A stretch of 32,000 nt of DNA, taken from the NCBI RefSeq assembly GCF_001049895.1, contig NZ_CVPE01000006.1, positions 672,503 through 704,502 of the forward strand, given 5' to 3'. Position numbers and translations under genes: made by a program. Origin of the DNA: Rubeoparvulum massiliense. Its GTDB lineage: Bacteria > Bacillota > Bacilli > Rubeoparvulales > Rubeoparvulaceae. The notes beneath the pieces were generated by a model. It had not been told where the DNA came from. It did no database searches and worked only from the letters and a program-made list of their open reading frames with translations. Shown piece after piece: positions 31,941 to 32,000 of this stretch. Positions within the stretch are counted from its first letter, which is position 1; every line of letters begins with the position of its first letter.

Positions 31941-32000
31941 TTAACCCCTTTGGTAACGCACGATGGGCTTCCGAGCAGCGGTCACTTCATCTAAGCGACC
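31941..32000 (-). CDS. 3' end of an unidentified - strand gene entering from beyond the window
   Basis: The reverse strand from 32000 reads GRLDEVTAARKPIVRYQRG* in one open frame, with the terminator at 31821-31845 downstream. It is too short to assign. Confidence 0.3.
   Translation of the reverse strand, partial: GRLDEVTAARKPIVRYQRG

Overview
This window looks like a chromosomal segment of an endospore-forming Firmicute (Bacillales-like). It carries splB, a YjcZ-like micro-ORF and a YheC/YheD-type ATP-grasp gene. The block aroQ / M24 peptidase / efp / DUF1385 / small membrane protein / patatin-like lipase follows the order of the B. subtilis yqhO-yqhT-efp region. Most of the window is housekeeping: two divergent M3B PepF paralogs, efp, aroQ, a cytochrome c lipoprotein, an S8 protease, a cold-shock protein, class II RNR nrdJ, a TroA-like metal ABC importer, the mrfA/mrfB repair pair, and a yrk/cst-like sulfur-transfer cluster (TusA-Rhd, PDO-Rhd, TauE, DsrE). 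Five things stand out. (1) An IS200/IS605-family element (20752..22435) has an intact tnpB and a decayed tnpA. It has split a BcrA/LanF-type ABC ATPase gene, and removing it in silico at TTAC|...TCAA| restores a continuous reading frame. (2) The hydrophobic ORFs upstream of that ATPase look fragmented. (3) A family of roughly 45-65 bp G5-N5-C5 double-palindrome repeats fills the intergenic gaps downstream of the PDO-Rhd gene, through to the mrfA start. These repeats even supply stop codons and one C-terminal tail. (4) A catalytically complete panD paralog is coupled to an ATP-grasp ligase, next to cell-wall peptidase genes. (5) A secreted NlpC/P60 gene is frameshifted in a T-run. I also read several operator and promoter architectures directly from the sequence (Fur-type, NrdR, CsoR/CstR-type, Cheo-like). 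No rRNA, tRNA or CRISPR array was seen. All homology statements come from reading the translations and from family knowledge; no database search was possible.
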